Assembly: GCA_965223345.1 (NCBI GenBank)
Contig: CBDCWG010000012.1
Coordinates: 2,208,001 to 2,272,000, forward strand
Length of the DNA stretch: 64,000 bases
From: Nitrospinales bacterium
GTDB lineage: Bacteria; Nitrospinota; Nitrospinia; Nitrospinales; VA-1
Direction: 5' to 3'
Shown: positions 49,447 to 64,000 of the stretch, one piece after another
Layout: each line of letters begins with the position of its first letter
Position numbering within the stretch: the stretch's first letter is position 1
Program-made: the position numbers and the translations under genes
The notes under the pieces: model-generated
Databases searched by the model: none
Seen by the model: the letters and a program-made list of their open reading frames with translations, nothing else
What the model was told of the DNA's origin: nothing

Positions 49447-50520
49447 TTATTGAAACGCCATTATGATCACCCCGGTCACCAGGATGTTGATCAGCGACAG
49501 GGGTAACAGAATTTTCCACCCGAGTTTCATGATCTGATCGTAGCGAAACCGGGGCAGGGTCCAGCGAATGGTCATCTGCAACCAGATGAAGATGATGACC
49601 TTTGTGAAAAACACGCCCACATGGATGAGCATGACAATGATGTTTGCGGCGGTGGTGCCGAACCACTCAAACAAAGACAAAAGCGTGGCGGTGGTGACGA
49701 ACGGGATGTGCCACGCGCCGAAAAACAGCAACGTGACGATCGCGGCGATGGTCACCATTTCGATGAATTCGGCCATGAAGAACATGCCGAATTTGAGGCC
49801 GCTGTATTCGGTGAAATAACCCGCCACCAGCTCCGACTCCGCTTCCGGGTTGTCGAACGGGATGCGTTTGTTTTCGGCGATGGAGGCGGTCAGAAACATG
49901 AAAAAACCCAGAGGCTGCAAAAACACGCCCCACCACCCGGTTTCCTGCATCGCGCCGATCTCGGTCAGCCTCATGGTGCCGAACACCATGAGCACGCCGA
50001 TGATGGTGAGCCCCATGGTGACCTCGTAGGAGATCATCTGCGAGGCGGTGCGCATCGATCCCAAGAGCGACCAGTTGTTGTTCGAGCTCCAGCCGGCGAT
50101 GACGTAGCCGTAGGTCGCGATCGAGGCGATGGCGAACACGAACAGAATGCCGACATCCAGATCGGAGATCACCAGGTTGACTTCCTTGCCCCAGAGTTCG
50201 TACACGCCGCCGAAGGGCACCACGGCGAAGGTGACGATGGCCGGGATGAGCGCGACGATCGGGCTCAACGTGTGCAGAACCTTGTTGGCGCCTTCGGGGA
50301 TGAAATCTTCCTTGGTGAACATCTTGAGGGCGTCGGCGACGGCATGGAACAGGCCGATCACGGTGAAGCCCATGATGTCGGCGCGGTTGGCGCCGATGCG
50401 GTCCTGCATGACGGCGCTCTGCTTGCGCTCCACCCAGGTGAGGATGGGCGCAAAAAACCCGACGGTGATGCCGAGAATGAAAAGAATCTTTGCGAGCGTG
50501 ATGAGTAAATCGACAAGCAT
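49447..50520 (-). CDS. nuoH: NADH-quinone oxidoreductase subunit H
   Basis: ERKQSAVMQDRIG, QMISYE, PFD..EAESELVAG..TEYSG and LPRFRYDQ. Confidence 0.97.
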   Translation of the reverse strand: MLVDLLITLAKILFILGITVGFFAPILTWVERKQSAVMQDRIGANRADIMGFTVIGLFHAVADALKMFTKEDFIPEGANKVLHTLSPIVALIPAIVTFAVVPFGGVYELWGKEVNLVISDLDVGILFVFAIASIATYGYVIAGWSSNNNWSLLGSMRTASQMISYEVTMGLTIIGVLMVFGTMRLTEIGAMQETGWWGVFLQPLGFFMFLTASIAENKRIPFDNPEAESELVAGYFTEYSGLKFGMFFMAEFIEMVTIAAIVTLLFFGAWHIPFVTTATLLSLFEWFGTTAANIIVMLIHVGVFFTKVIIFIWLQMTIRWTLPRFRYDQIMKLGWKILLPLSLINILVTGVIIMAFQ

Positions 50521-50525
50521 ACCGG

Positions 50526-51011
50526 TCAATTCATGGGGCCTATCAAAGGCTGCCTTTTGTTTACAGGATAGTCCTTACGCAGGGGGTGCCCCTTGAATTC
50601 CTCGTACAAAAGGATCCGCCTGAGATTGGGGTGTCCGCGGAACTTGATTCCGTAGAGGTCCCAGATTTCCCGTTCGTACCAGTCGGCTGTTTTCCACAGG
50701 GACGTGACGGTTTCGACAATGCAATCCTTCTCGTCCACGGGAATTTTGACCCTCAGCCGATGGTTGTGCTTTGTGGAGTAGAAATGGTAGACGACTTCGA
50801 AGCGCAGGTCCTTTTTCTTCAGGTAATCGACGGCGGTCACATCCATAAGAAAATCCAGCGACAACTCGGGATCGTCCATCAGGAACTTGAAAAAACCAAT
50901 GCCGCATTCCTTGCGCACGGTAACGGTCTGGTCGCCGCGGAAATTGTGCGAATCGACCACCATGTCTCCGTGCTCGGATTTGATTCTGTCGATGAGAGCG
51001 GTGTCGCCCAT
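50526..51011 (-). CDS. nuoC: NADH-quinone oxidoreductase subunit C (unfused)
   Basis: DVTAVDY, RFEVVYH, WYEREIWDLYGI and GHPLRKDYP; 161 aa with no D domain. Confidence 0.95.
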   Translation of the reverse strand: MGDTALIDRIKSEHGDMVVDSHNFRGDQTVTVRKECGIGFFKFLMDDPELSLDFLMDVTAVDYLKKKDLRFEVVYHFYSTKHNHRLRVKIPVDEKDCIVETVTSLWKTADWYEREIWDLYGIKFRGHPNLRRILLYEEFKGHPLRKDYPVNKRQPLIGPMN

Positions 51012-51047
51012 GAAGCCTCTATCCTATTCGCGTTAGCGTACGGCTCA

Positions 51048-51404
51048 TCATTCCCAGTCCAGGCCGCCGCGTCTCCATACATAAAGAAGACCCACGCCCA
51101 GGATGAGGATGAACAGAAACATTTCGATGAAGCCGAACAGGCCCAGCCGCTGGAACAGAATGGCCCAGGGAAAGAAAAAGACGGCTTCGATGTCGAACAG
51201 CACAAACAGCACCGCCACCAGGTAGAACTTGACCGAAAAGCGCTGGCGGGGGGAAACGAGAGGGCTTTCTCCACATTCGAAGGGCTCCATTTTATCGGCG
51301 AACTGCCGTTTGGGGCCCAGTATCGAGGTCATGAAAACCATGCCGCAGGCGATGCCGATGGCCATGAGCAGCATGAGCACGACGCCGATGTATTCTTCTA
51401 ACAT
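51048..51404 (-). CDS. nuoA: NADH-quinone oxidoreductase subunit A
   Basis: PFECG, FYLVAVLFVLFDIE and YVWRRGGLDWE. Confidence 0.97.
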   Translation of the reverse strand: MLEEYIGVVLMLLMAIGIACGMVFMTSILGPKRQFADKMEPFECGESPLVSPRQRFSVKFYLVAVLFVLFDIEAVFFFPWAILFQRLGLFGFIEMFLFILILGVGLLYVWRRGGLDWE

Positions 51405-51598
51405 ATCCTCTCCCTAATACTCGAACCGTATTGTGGCTGTTTTGCGGATTGGTATCTTGAGAATGGGACCGGGAAACCCGGTTGAAAATCCTGCCGCCGG
51501 GAGGGCCCAGACCCTTATTTTCCCCAGTCTAACCGCTCGCCGAGAGATACTGGAAATTAGTTGAGAATCGCCCAAAAACCTTTATAAACAGAGGGGGG

Positions 51599-51628
51599 AT
51601 AGTACTCTACCCCCGCACTTTTTGTCAA
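51599..51628 (-). promoter_or_regulatory. Putative sigma70 promoter of the nuo operon
   Basis: TTGACA (51628-51623), 18 bp, TACTAT (51604-51599). Confidence 0.55.
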
Positions 51629-51796
51629 TCAAAAAGCGTTTAAAAACTCATCATTTCATCCATTTGAGGGAAAACTTCCCCACCCCGATGAGAGGAGCAG
51701 AAATCGCAATTTAGGCATGGGAATTTGCAGGTGGAATGGAGCGATACCAGAAAAATGGGCGGGGGAGGGGAGACCGCTCGGATTTTGCGCTTTCAG

Positions 51797-51867
51797 GCAA
51801 AAAAAACCGCCTTTCGGCGGGTTATGGAATGAATCCGGCCTCGTCCTACTACCACCCAGCTGTCCGT
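51797..51867 (-). repeat. Degenerate direct copy of the 5S rRNA 3' end plus rrn terminator
   Basis: Aligns with 52895-52970. The core AATCCGGCCTCGTCCTACT is identical (51832-51850 = 52933-52951), and CCGCC..GGCGGGTTA with the A-tract is retained. Confidence 0.9.
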
Positions 51868-51886
51868 TCGTATTTGGATTCCTTTC

Positions 51887-52681
51887 TCACTTGATCGGTG
51901 AGAGCAATTCCGGAGAGGTTACAAGCTTTCGAACACCATGGGCATGATTTTCATTAAAAACGTTGCTTTTGCACCAGGCATTGAGGGAAGCAATATTGAC
52001 CTTCTTGCAGGATGGACGCACTCCCCAGGTTACTTGCATCGAGGAACATTTTTCTTCTGTATATTTGGGACCTGTTGTGGATCCGGCGAAAACGACCGGT
52101 TCTCCTGTTCCTGAAGGTAAGGATTTGGCTTGGTGCAAGCCATTGACTTTATTACCACCATAAGTAAATGAACCGAAGTCCGCAGCGTTTGGATCGTTGA
52201 CGACAAGAAAAACCTGCGTTTCAACTCTCAACTGGGGATTTGCGCATTTGTCAGACAGGCAGGAACCAAGTCCTTCTCCCGGTTTTACATCGCAAGATGT
52301 GTGAACCCAATGCACTTCAATGGTGTCTCCAGGTTTGACCCCGTGACAGGCTCCACGACCCTCTGTGGGATCTTTCAGTTCAGCGGCCGTCAGTTTTTTA
52401 GTTTCATTGCATTTGAAACCGCCATGTTTTCCTTCACCTGCGAAAATAGAGAAGCCGGGTCCTTTATGTTCTGCATTTGTATGAAAGTGGATGTTGCAAA
52501 GGTTCAAGTTTTCCGATGGTGGAGCCATAGAGAAAAATCGAGTATTGGAGCCGGCAGCGCTGCTGATGTCTCTGGGGGTTTGTGGCCCATATCCTTTGCA
52601 AAGATTATCGGCATTTGCCTGGGAAGTCAGGCCGGAGCCAATGATCATTGTCCCTATTATTAACGTGTGGATGAATCTCAT
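51887..52681 (-). CDS. Secreted delta-class carbonic anhydrase (TWCA1/CdCA1-Pfam-like)
   Basis: Signal peptide; GPQTPRDI, NLCNIHFHTNAEHK, GDTIEVHWVHTSC, GSTTGP, QVTW and NHAHGVR motifs; AT-richer than the flanks. Confidence 0.85.
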   Translation of the reverse strand: MRFIHTLIIGTMIIGSGLTSQANADNLCKGYGPQTPRDISSAAGSNTRFFSMAPPSENLNLCNIHFHTNAEHKGPGFSIFAGEGKHGGFKCNETKKLTAAELKDPTEGRGACHGVKPGDTIEVHWVHTSCDVKPGEGLGSCLSDKCANPQLRVETQVFLVVNDPNAADFGSFTYGGNKVNGLHQAKSLPSGTGEPVVFAGSTTGPKYTEEKCSSMQVTWGVRPSCKKVNIASLNAWCKSNVFNENHAHGVRKLVTSPELLSPIK

Positions 52682-52894
52682 AATTTTTTCCTAAATAATC
52701 AAAGTGTATGTCATAGCTGCGGGTCTGCGGGAAATCGCGGTTTTGATTCAATCTAGAAAACCTAAATTCTACCGAAATGGGTTTTATTTTTAAAGAATTA
52801 TCCAACAGGCCTTGGGGCGTTGGCGACAGCAAGCATTTCCAATGAGGATTGAGGAGCAAAAAACTGTGATTGAGGGGAAGGGTAGGGGGAGAAA

Positions 52895-52925
52895 GCAAAA
52901 AAATAACCCGCCTTGCGGCGGGTTA
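52895..52925 (-). terminator. rrn operon terminator
   Basis: TAACCCGCC-GCAA-GGCGGGTTA followed by T7 on the minus strand. Confidence 0.9.
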
Positions 52926-52933
52926 TAGAATAA

Positions 52934-53051
<118 letters not shown>

Positions 53052-53124
53052 ATCTTTTGTGGCTTCAACGGGGTTGAAGCGTGTTTATTTTGACAATTGA
53101 ATTCGTTTAAAGCAGAGAGAAAAT

Positions 53125-56155
<3,031 letters not shown>

Positions 56156-56262
56156 TAAATTTCTCAGCTACTTCAAACGATATTCAATTGTCAAAGAACG
56201 GTTGCCCCACAGGGCATGTTCGTATTCGAATCCAAGCTGGTCTTTTTTCAGAGTAGGGGGGA

Positions 56263-56335
56263 TGGAGGTGAACGGGCTCGAACCGATGACCTCCTGCGTG
56301 CAAGGCAGGCGCTCTCCCAGCTGAGCTACACCCCC
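56263..56335 (-). tRNA. tRNA-Ala(UGC), CCA not encoded
   Basis: GGGGGTGTAGCTCAGCTGGGAGAGCGCCTGCCTTGCACGCAGGAGGTCATCGGTTCGAGCCCGTTCACCTCCA. Confidence 0.97.
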
Positions 56336-56366
56336 GTTTCTCGATAACCGGTCCCGCTCTGAAGTA

Positions 56367-56443
<77 letters not shown>

Positions 56444-56562
56444 AAATCTATTGCTGAAAGCCCATTGACTCCTTGGATTTCGAAAAAAAGAGAGGAATAG
56501 GTGCCACAGAAATTGCGGGTATCGATCTTGAGGTTCTGTCCACCGCTTGCGCGGTTTCAGAA

Positions 56563-58093
<1,531 letters not shown>

Positions 58094-58198
58094 TAAACAG
58101 AAAGTTGTTACCTGTAAAAATTAACTACTCATGGACCCGCAACGTCTAATGACACCTATTCACTTTTCAAAGAGCTTTTTGTTTCAAATAAGCGTGCT

Positions 58199-58240
58199 AA
58201 TCTAAACTTTTTTTAAACAAAGTCAATCAAAAAAATTTAG
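58199..58240 (-). promoter_or_regulatory. rrn promoter with UP element; boxA-like sites nearby
   Basis: TTGACT-16 bp-TAGATT with an upstream T-tract; boxA-like GCTCTTTGAAAA near 58175 and GTTCTTTGACAA near 56199. Confidence 0.75.
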
Positions 58241-58750
58241 ATCCGGAATCTTTACAAGATCCCTCATAAAAAAAACCTTTTTGTGAAAGCGGCGATGCGT
58301 CAAACCCAAATTTCCGCCTTCAAATAAAGGTTTTTTAATCTAAATCAGCGTGGTCGCTTGTGCAGGTAACAATATAGATTTTCGGAGAAACAATATCAAG
58401 TGGTTTTTTGCTTTTTTTCATCATTTCCTCATCCTTTTCAAAGAATTTTCGTGCTGGGGTTTTCCCTGAAAGCAGAGGGGCTTACGGTGGATGGCGCGCT
58501 GCCGATGAACCCGTTTTAGCTAACAGTTTGATATCTTTTGCTTTAGAGGGAGACGAAAAAATGCGGCCGCTGAAAACAAAGGTGGAGGACCGTCCGGGCG
58601 GTTTTTGGCGATTTGCGGGGGAATCGTCGGGCGTTCGGCTTTTGCCGGAGCGCTGCTCGCTCTCGTTTCGCGGGAAATTGACCGGGCCGCTTTCGGCGGG
58701 CGAATAATTTGTGCGCCGATGCGGGGGAAATGGGGCGGGTTTGCCCGGTT

Positions 58751-60502
<1,752 letters not shown>

Positions 60503-60748
60503 AGTCGGAGTGCGAGGTGAAAAGACTCATTATTTACGACCGGGCCGGTGAAAACAAGGGATTTCCCATCTTGGGAGCGGGGGAGGGTACAATGGACCCC
60601 GTTTCCGAGGCCCGGCGTTCAACGGGATGCGGAACCCGGTTTTCGCACTCGCCGGCGGCGGCCGGATTGTGCCAGAATGGGCAAAATGTCAAATTGGTTT
60701 TTGAAACCTTTGCGCAAATCGGACGAACAAAGATTGTGACTTTAATGA

Positions 60749-60830
60749 TGTCACCCTGAGTTTGTCGAAGGGTGTGGGATCATGCTTCGACAGAGCTTGC
60801 CCTGAGCTTGCCGAAGGACTCAGCATGACA
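60749..60830. repeat. REP/MITE-like palindromic element with a nested half-copy
   Basis: TGTCACCCTGAGTTTGTCGAAG ... CTTCGACAGAG[CTTGCCCTGAGCTTGCCGAAGGA]CTCAGCATGACA. The terminal arms are complementary. Confidence 0.75.
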
Positions 60831-60869
60831 AGTTAGAAACGTTTGCAAAGGTTTCAATGAAGGGTGGAT

Positions 60870-61727
60870 ATGGTTTGGAACAAACTGGCGATTCTGTTTG
60901 AAGACATCAAGCTCAAGCACACGGTGTTCGCGCTGCCGTTCGCGTTCATCAGTGCGTTTCTCGCAGCCGGCGGCCTGCCCGCAGGCGAGAAAATCCTCTG
61001 GATCGTGGTGGCCATGTTCGGCGCGCGCAGCGCGGCGATGGCGTTCAACCGCATCGTGGACGCGAAGTACGACGCCAACAACCCGCGCACGCAAAGCCGG
61101 GCGCTGCCTTCCGGAAAGATCGGTGTGCGAGCGTACTGGGTGTTTCTCGTGCTGTGCTCGGTGCTGTTCGTGTTCGCGGCGGCCATGCTGAACACGCTGG
61201 CGCTGTATCTCTCTCCGGTGGCGCTGGCGATTGTGTTTTTTTATTCTTTGACCAAACGCTTCACAGCGTACTCGCATTTCTGGCTGGGGCTGGCGATCTC
61301 TGTCGCGCCGGTCGGGGCGTGGGTGGCCATCCGCGAGGAAATCTCGCTCACCTCGCTCATCCTCGGGACGGCGGTGCTGTTCTGGCTGGTGGGGTTCGAC
61401 ATCATCTACGCCTGCCTCGATGTGGATGCGGATGAGAAAAACCGGCTGTTTTCCATCCCGCAGCGCTTCGGTGTGAAAAGAGCGCTCATCTTCGCCGCCA
61501 TCGCCCATGCGGTGATGGTGCTGTTCCTGCTGGTGCTGCTGATCTCGCCGCTGCTCGGCGGCGTGTATCTCACCGGCGTGGCGCTGGTGGCGGGGCTTCT
61601 GTGGTATGAGCATTCCCTGGTGAGTCAGGAAGATCTATCAAAGGTCAACGTCGCCTTCTTCAACGTCAACGGGATCGTCAGCCTTCTCCTCATGACGCTC
61701 GTCATCGTCGATTGCGTGTGGGTGTGA
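60870..61727 (+). CDS. UbiA-family polyprenyltransferase (MqnP-like, futalosine pathway)
   Basis: IKLKHTVFALPFA, ARSAAMAFNRIVDAKYDANNPRT, GFDIIYACLD and AFFNVNG. Confidence 0.9.
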   Translation: MVWNKLAILFEDIKLKHTVFALPFAFISAFLAAGGLPAGEKILWIVVAMFGARSAAMAFNRIVDAKYDANNPRTQSRALPSGKIGVRAYWVFLVLCSVLFVFAAAMLNTLALYLSPVALAIVFFYSLTKRFTAYSHFWLGLAISVAPVGAWVAIREEISLTSLILGTAVLFWLVGFDIIYACLDVDADEKNRLFSIPQRFGVKRALIFAAIAHAVMVLFLLVLLISPLLGGVYLTGVALVAGLLWYEHSLVSQEDLSKVNVAFFNVNGIVSLLLMTLVIVDCVWV

Positions 61728-61798
61728 GGATGCTCTGCTCAGAAAATTTGTCAATAAAGCTGAGATGTCAATTGACGTTGTTTTAAAAGTTGCTTGTC

Positions 61799-62503
61799 TT
61801 AATTGAATTTTTCAAAAATCTGTTTGGCGGCATTGGCATAAACCAGTTTTTTAAGTTCGATTACTTTTTCTTGTTCCTTACCCTCCCGACCGATTATGGA
61901 GCTCATAAACTCTTCTTCAACGGGAGAGGGTTGAATCATTTTCCACGAACCAGTTTCGACATTGATGATTGCGAATTTCAGCCTTATACGCATTTGCGTG
62001 TTCTCATCTGGCAGAGACCAGCCTACAAAAGGAACCCAGGAGATATTTTTGGAAGCGAGGCTTTTTTTAGCTGTCTCGACAATGCCCCAATAGACAACCA
62101 GATGTTTGTTGCCACCGGATGCGGCTATGTAGCGAAGTGCTTTGTTGAGGTTATCTCCGGAATATTTGTCATTGGAACCACTCAGAATATTGACATCCCA
62201 ATACTGAGACATGGATTCGATCATTTCACTGTCCGGATAGTCGGCCCCGGATTGAATCAATAGTATTGAATCGCCTTTGGGTAGGTCTACTGAAGTTGCT
62301 GTGGCCATCACTTCAGATATATTTTCTTCCGTTATTGAAGAAAGATTTCTTATTCCCAATACCTTAAGCTCGTTCAATTCTTTTTGTTGTGCGTTGTATC
62401 CCGGAACCTTGTTCTCACTTTGCGCATAGCCGGTTTCGGAAATGGATTTGGAACAGCTAAATAGGAAAACAACCAGCAATCCCATAACAAGAAATCTCTT
62501 CAT
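61799..62503 (-). CDS. AT-rich lipoprotein of unknown function
   Basis: AGGAG SD, lipobox LFSC, LLIQSGA..PD and SWVPFVGWSLPDE. Confidence 0.8.
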   Translation of the reverse strand: MKRFLVMGLLVVFLFSCSKSISETGYAQSENKVPGYNAQQKELNELKVLGIRNLSSITEENISEVMATATSVDLPKGDSILLIQSGADYPDSEMIESMSQYWDVNILSGSNDKYSGDNLNKALRYIAASGGNKHLVVYWGIVETAKKSLASKNISWVPFVGWSLPDENTQMRIRLKFAIINVETGSWKMIQPSPVEEEFMSSIIGREGKEQEKVIELKKLVYANAAKQIFEKFN

Positions 62504-62726
62504 GGTTTCTCCTTTAATAGTCTTTGCCAATACCCTTAACCGATTGTAGAAAAAATACGACTCTTCGAAAGCTTACTCTACTTTCTTTCCGAATTCAGTG
62601 CAAATATCTGTTTTTATATCGCTAAAATCGGATTTGTCGAGGGGGGACGACCTCGCTATGTATCCTTTGCTTTCATCTTCATTTCCAGTATAATTTCCAC
62701 TTTGGTCATCATTTTGAGGATTTTCG

Positions 62727-63827
62727 ATGCTGTTTGAATTTCAGGATGCGGCGCTCGCGCCTTTGGAAGACAAGGTGAGGGCGGGGGAGCGGCTCTCCTT
62801 TGAGGAGGGGGTGCTGTTGTGGAAGAGTTTCGACCTGCTGGGTGTGGGCTATCTCGCCAACATCGCGCGCGAGGCGCGCCACGGCGACGACACGTATTTC
62901 ATCCACAACCGCCACATCAATCCCACCAACATCTGCATCCACAGCTGCCGCTTCTGCGCTTTCGGCGTGAAGGCGGACGACCCGACGGCCTACCAAAAAT
63001 CGCTCAAGGAAATCTTCGACGACGCGGAACAATACCGCGACGGCAAGGTGAGCGAGTTTCACATCGTCGGCGGCCTGCACCCGGATCTGCCGTTCGAGTA
63101 TTACGAGGACATGCTGATCGGCCTCAAGGAGCGCTTCCCGCAGGTGCACATCCAGGCGTTCACGGCGGTGGAGCTGGGCTACCTGGCGGAGCTGGCCGGC
63201 ATGTCGCTTCGGGACACGCTGGAGCGGCTCATGCGGGCCGGGCTGGGGTCCATCCCCGGTGGCGGCGCGGAGATTTTTGCGGAACGCGTGCGGAAGAAAA
63301 TCTGCGGAGAAAAAACCACCGGTGACGACTGGCTCACCATCCACCGCACGGTGCACGAGGTGGGTATGAAGAGCAACGCCACCATGCTGTACGGCCACAT
63401 CGAGACCGCGGAAGAGCGCACCGATCACCTGATCCAGCTGCGCGAGTTGCAGGATTCGGCGCCCGGTTTTCTGACTTTCATTCCGCTGGCGTTTCATCCT
63501 GAAAACACGCGCCTCGACCACCTGCACACCACGCCGGGACAGCTCGATCTCAGGGCGCTGGCGGTCTCGCGGCTGATGCTCGACAACTTTCCCCACATCA
63601 AGGCGTTCTGGATCATGATCACGCCCAACATCGCACAGCTTTCGCAATCCTTCGGCGCCAACGACATGGACGGCACGGTGGTGGAGGAGAAGATCATCCA
63701 CGCGGCGGGAGCGGCGACGGAGCAGATCTTTCATAAAAACGTCATCGCCGACATGATTGTGGAAGCGGGCCGCCGCCCGATGGAGCGCGACACGCTGTAC
63801 GAAGACACCCACGAGTGCCTCGTCTGA
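62727..63827 (+). CDS. mqnE: Aminofutalosine synthase (radical SAM)
   Basis: NRHINPTNICIHSCRFCAF, HIVGGLHP, PGGGAEIF, NATMLYGHIE, HIKAFW and DGTVVEEKI. Confidence 0.93.
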   Translation: MLFEFQDAALAPLEDKVRAGERLSFEEGVLLWKSFDLLGVGYLANIAREARHGDDTYFIHNRHINPTNICIHSCRFCAFGVKADDPTAYQKSLKEIFDDAEQYRDGKVSEFHIVGGLHPDLPFEYYEDMLIGLKERFPQVHIQAFTAVELGYLAELAGMSLRDTLERLMRAGLGSIPGGGAEIFAERVRKKICGEKTTGDDWLTIHRTVHEVGMKSNATMLYGHIETAEERTDHLIQLRELQDSAPGFLTFIPLAFHPENTRLDHLHTTPGQLDLRALAVSRLMLDNFPHIKAFWIMITPNIAQLSQSFGANDMDGTVVEEKIIHAAGAATEQIFHKNVIADMIVEAGRRPMERDTLYEDTHECLV

Positions 63828-63887
63828 TCGTTTCCTATTCCCTCGTTTCAATCCTTCCCTGAATTCACCCCGAATCAAGCAAACGGT

Positions 63888-64000
63888 TCAAGCGCCGGGG
63901 CTTTCTCTCGAGGCTTTGCGCATCTCGGCCACCGACCGGCCGATCACAAAAAACGCCGTGCGCAAAAACAGGGCGGAGATCATCGCGCCCACGATGATGT
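63888..64000 (-). CDS. C-terminus of a probable cation-efflux (CDF-type) membrane protein (partial)
   Basis: Hand translation IIVGAMISALFLRTAFFVIGRSVAEMRKASRESPGA* resembles the last CDF helix. Confidence 0.5.
   Translation of the reverse strand, partial: IIVGAMISALFLRTAFFVIGRSVAEMRKASRESPGA

Noticed and set aside
56260..56263. tRNA-Ala lacking encoded CCA as a pseudogene
   Set aside because: The cloverleaf is intact and CCA is commonly added post-transcriptionally.

Overview
A 64 kb chromosomal window from a GC-rich bacterium that most likely belongs to the Nitrospinota (marine nitrite oxidisers). This placement is an inference from the 16S sequence and gene content and was not database-verified. 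Most of the window is housekeeping: tsaB, rnd, mutL, panBCD with a pan-RNA attenuator, glgA/galT, coaBC, copA, apbE, a ClC transporter, rpe, tatA, a split complex I operon (nuoA-C-H-I-J-K-L-M-N with no B/D/E/F/G), one full rRNA operon, an MsbA-like ABC exporter and futalosine-pathway genes. Three accessory elements stand out. (1) A lower-GC curli (type VIII secretion) amyloid locus at about 22.3-30.6 kb has a divergent PAS-LuxR regulator, two very large and chemically opposite curlins (about 25 and 13 repeats, the second His/Trp/Tyr-rich with a CxxC and a non-repeat tail), csgE-F-G and an extra lipoprotein. (2) A secreted delta-class carbonic anhydrase gene is bracketed by a direct duplication of the 5S rRNA 3' end plus terminator, which looks like an islet integrated at 5S rRNA. 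(3) A His/Cys-rich secreted ORF ending in IEHPPR lies after copA. It resembles a metal-sensing ribosome-arrest leader controlling a DsrE-like protein and a triheme cytochrome c.
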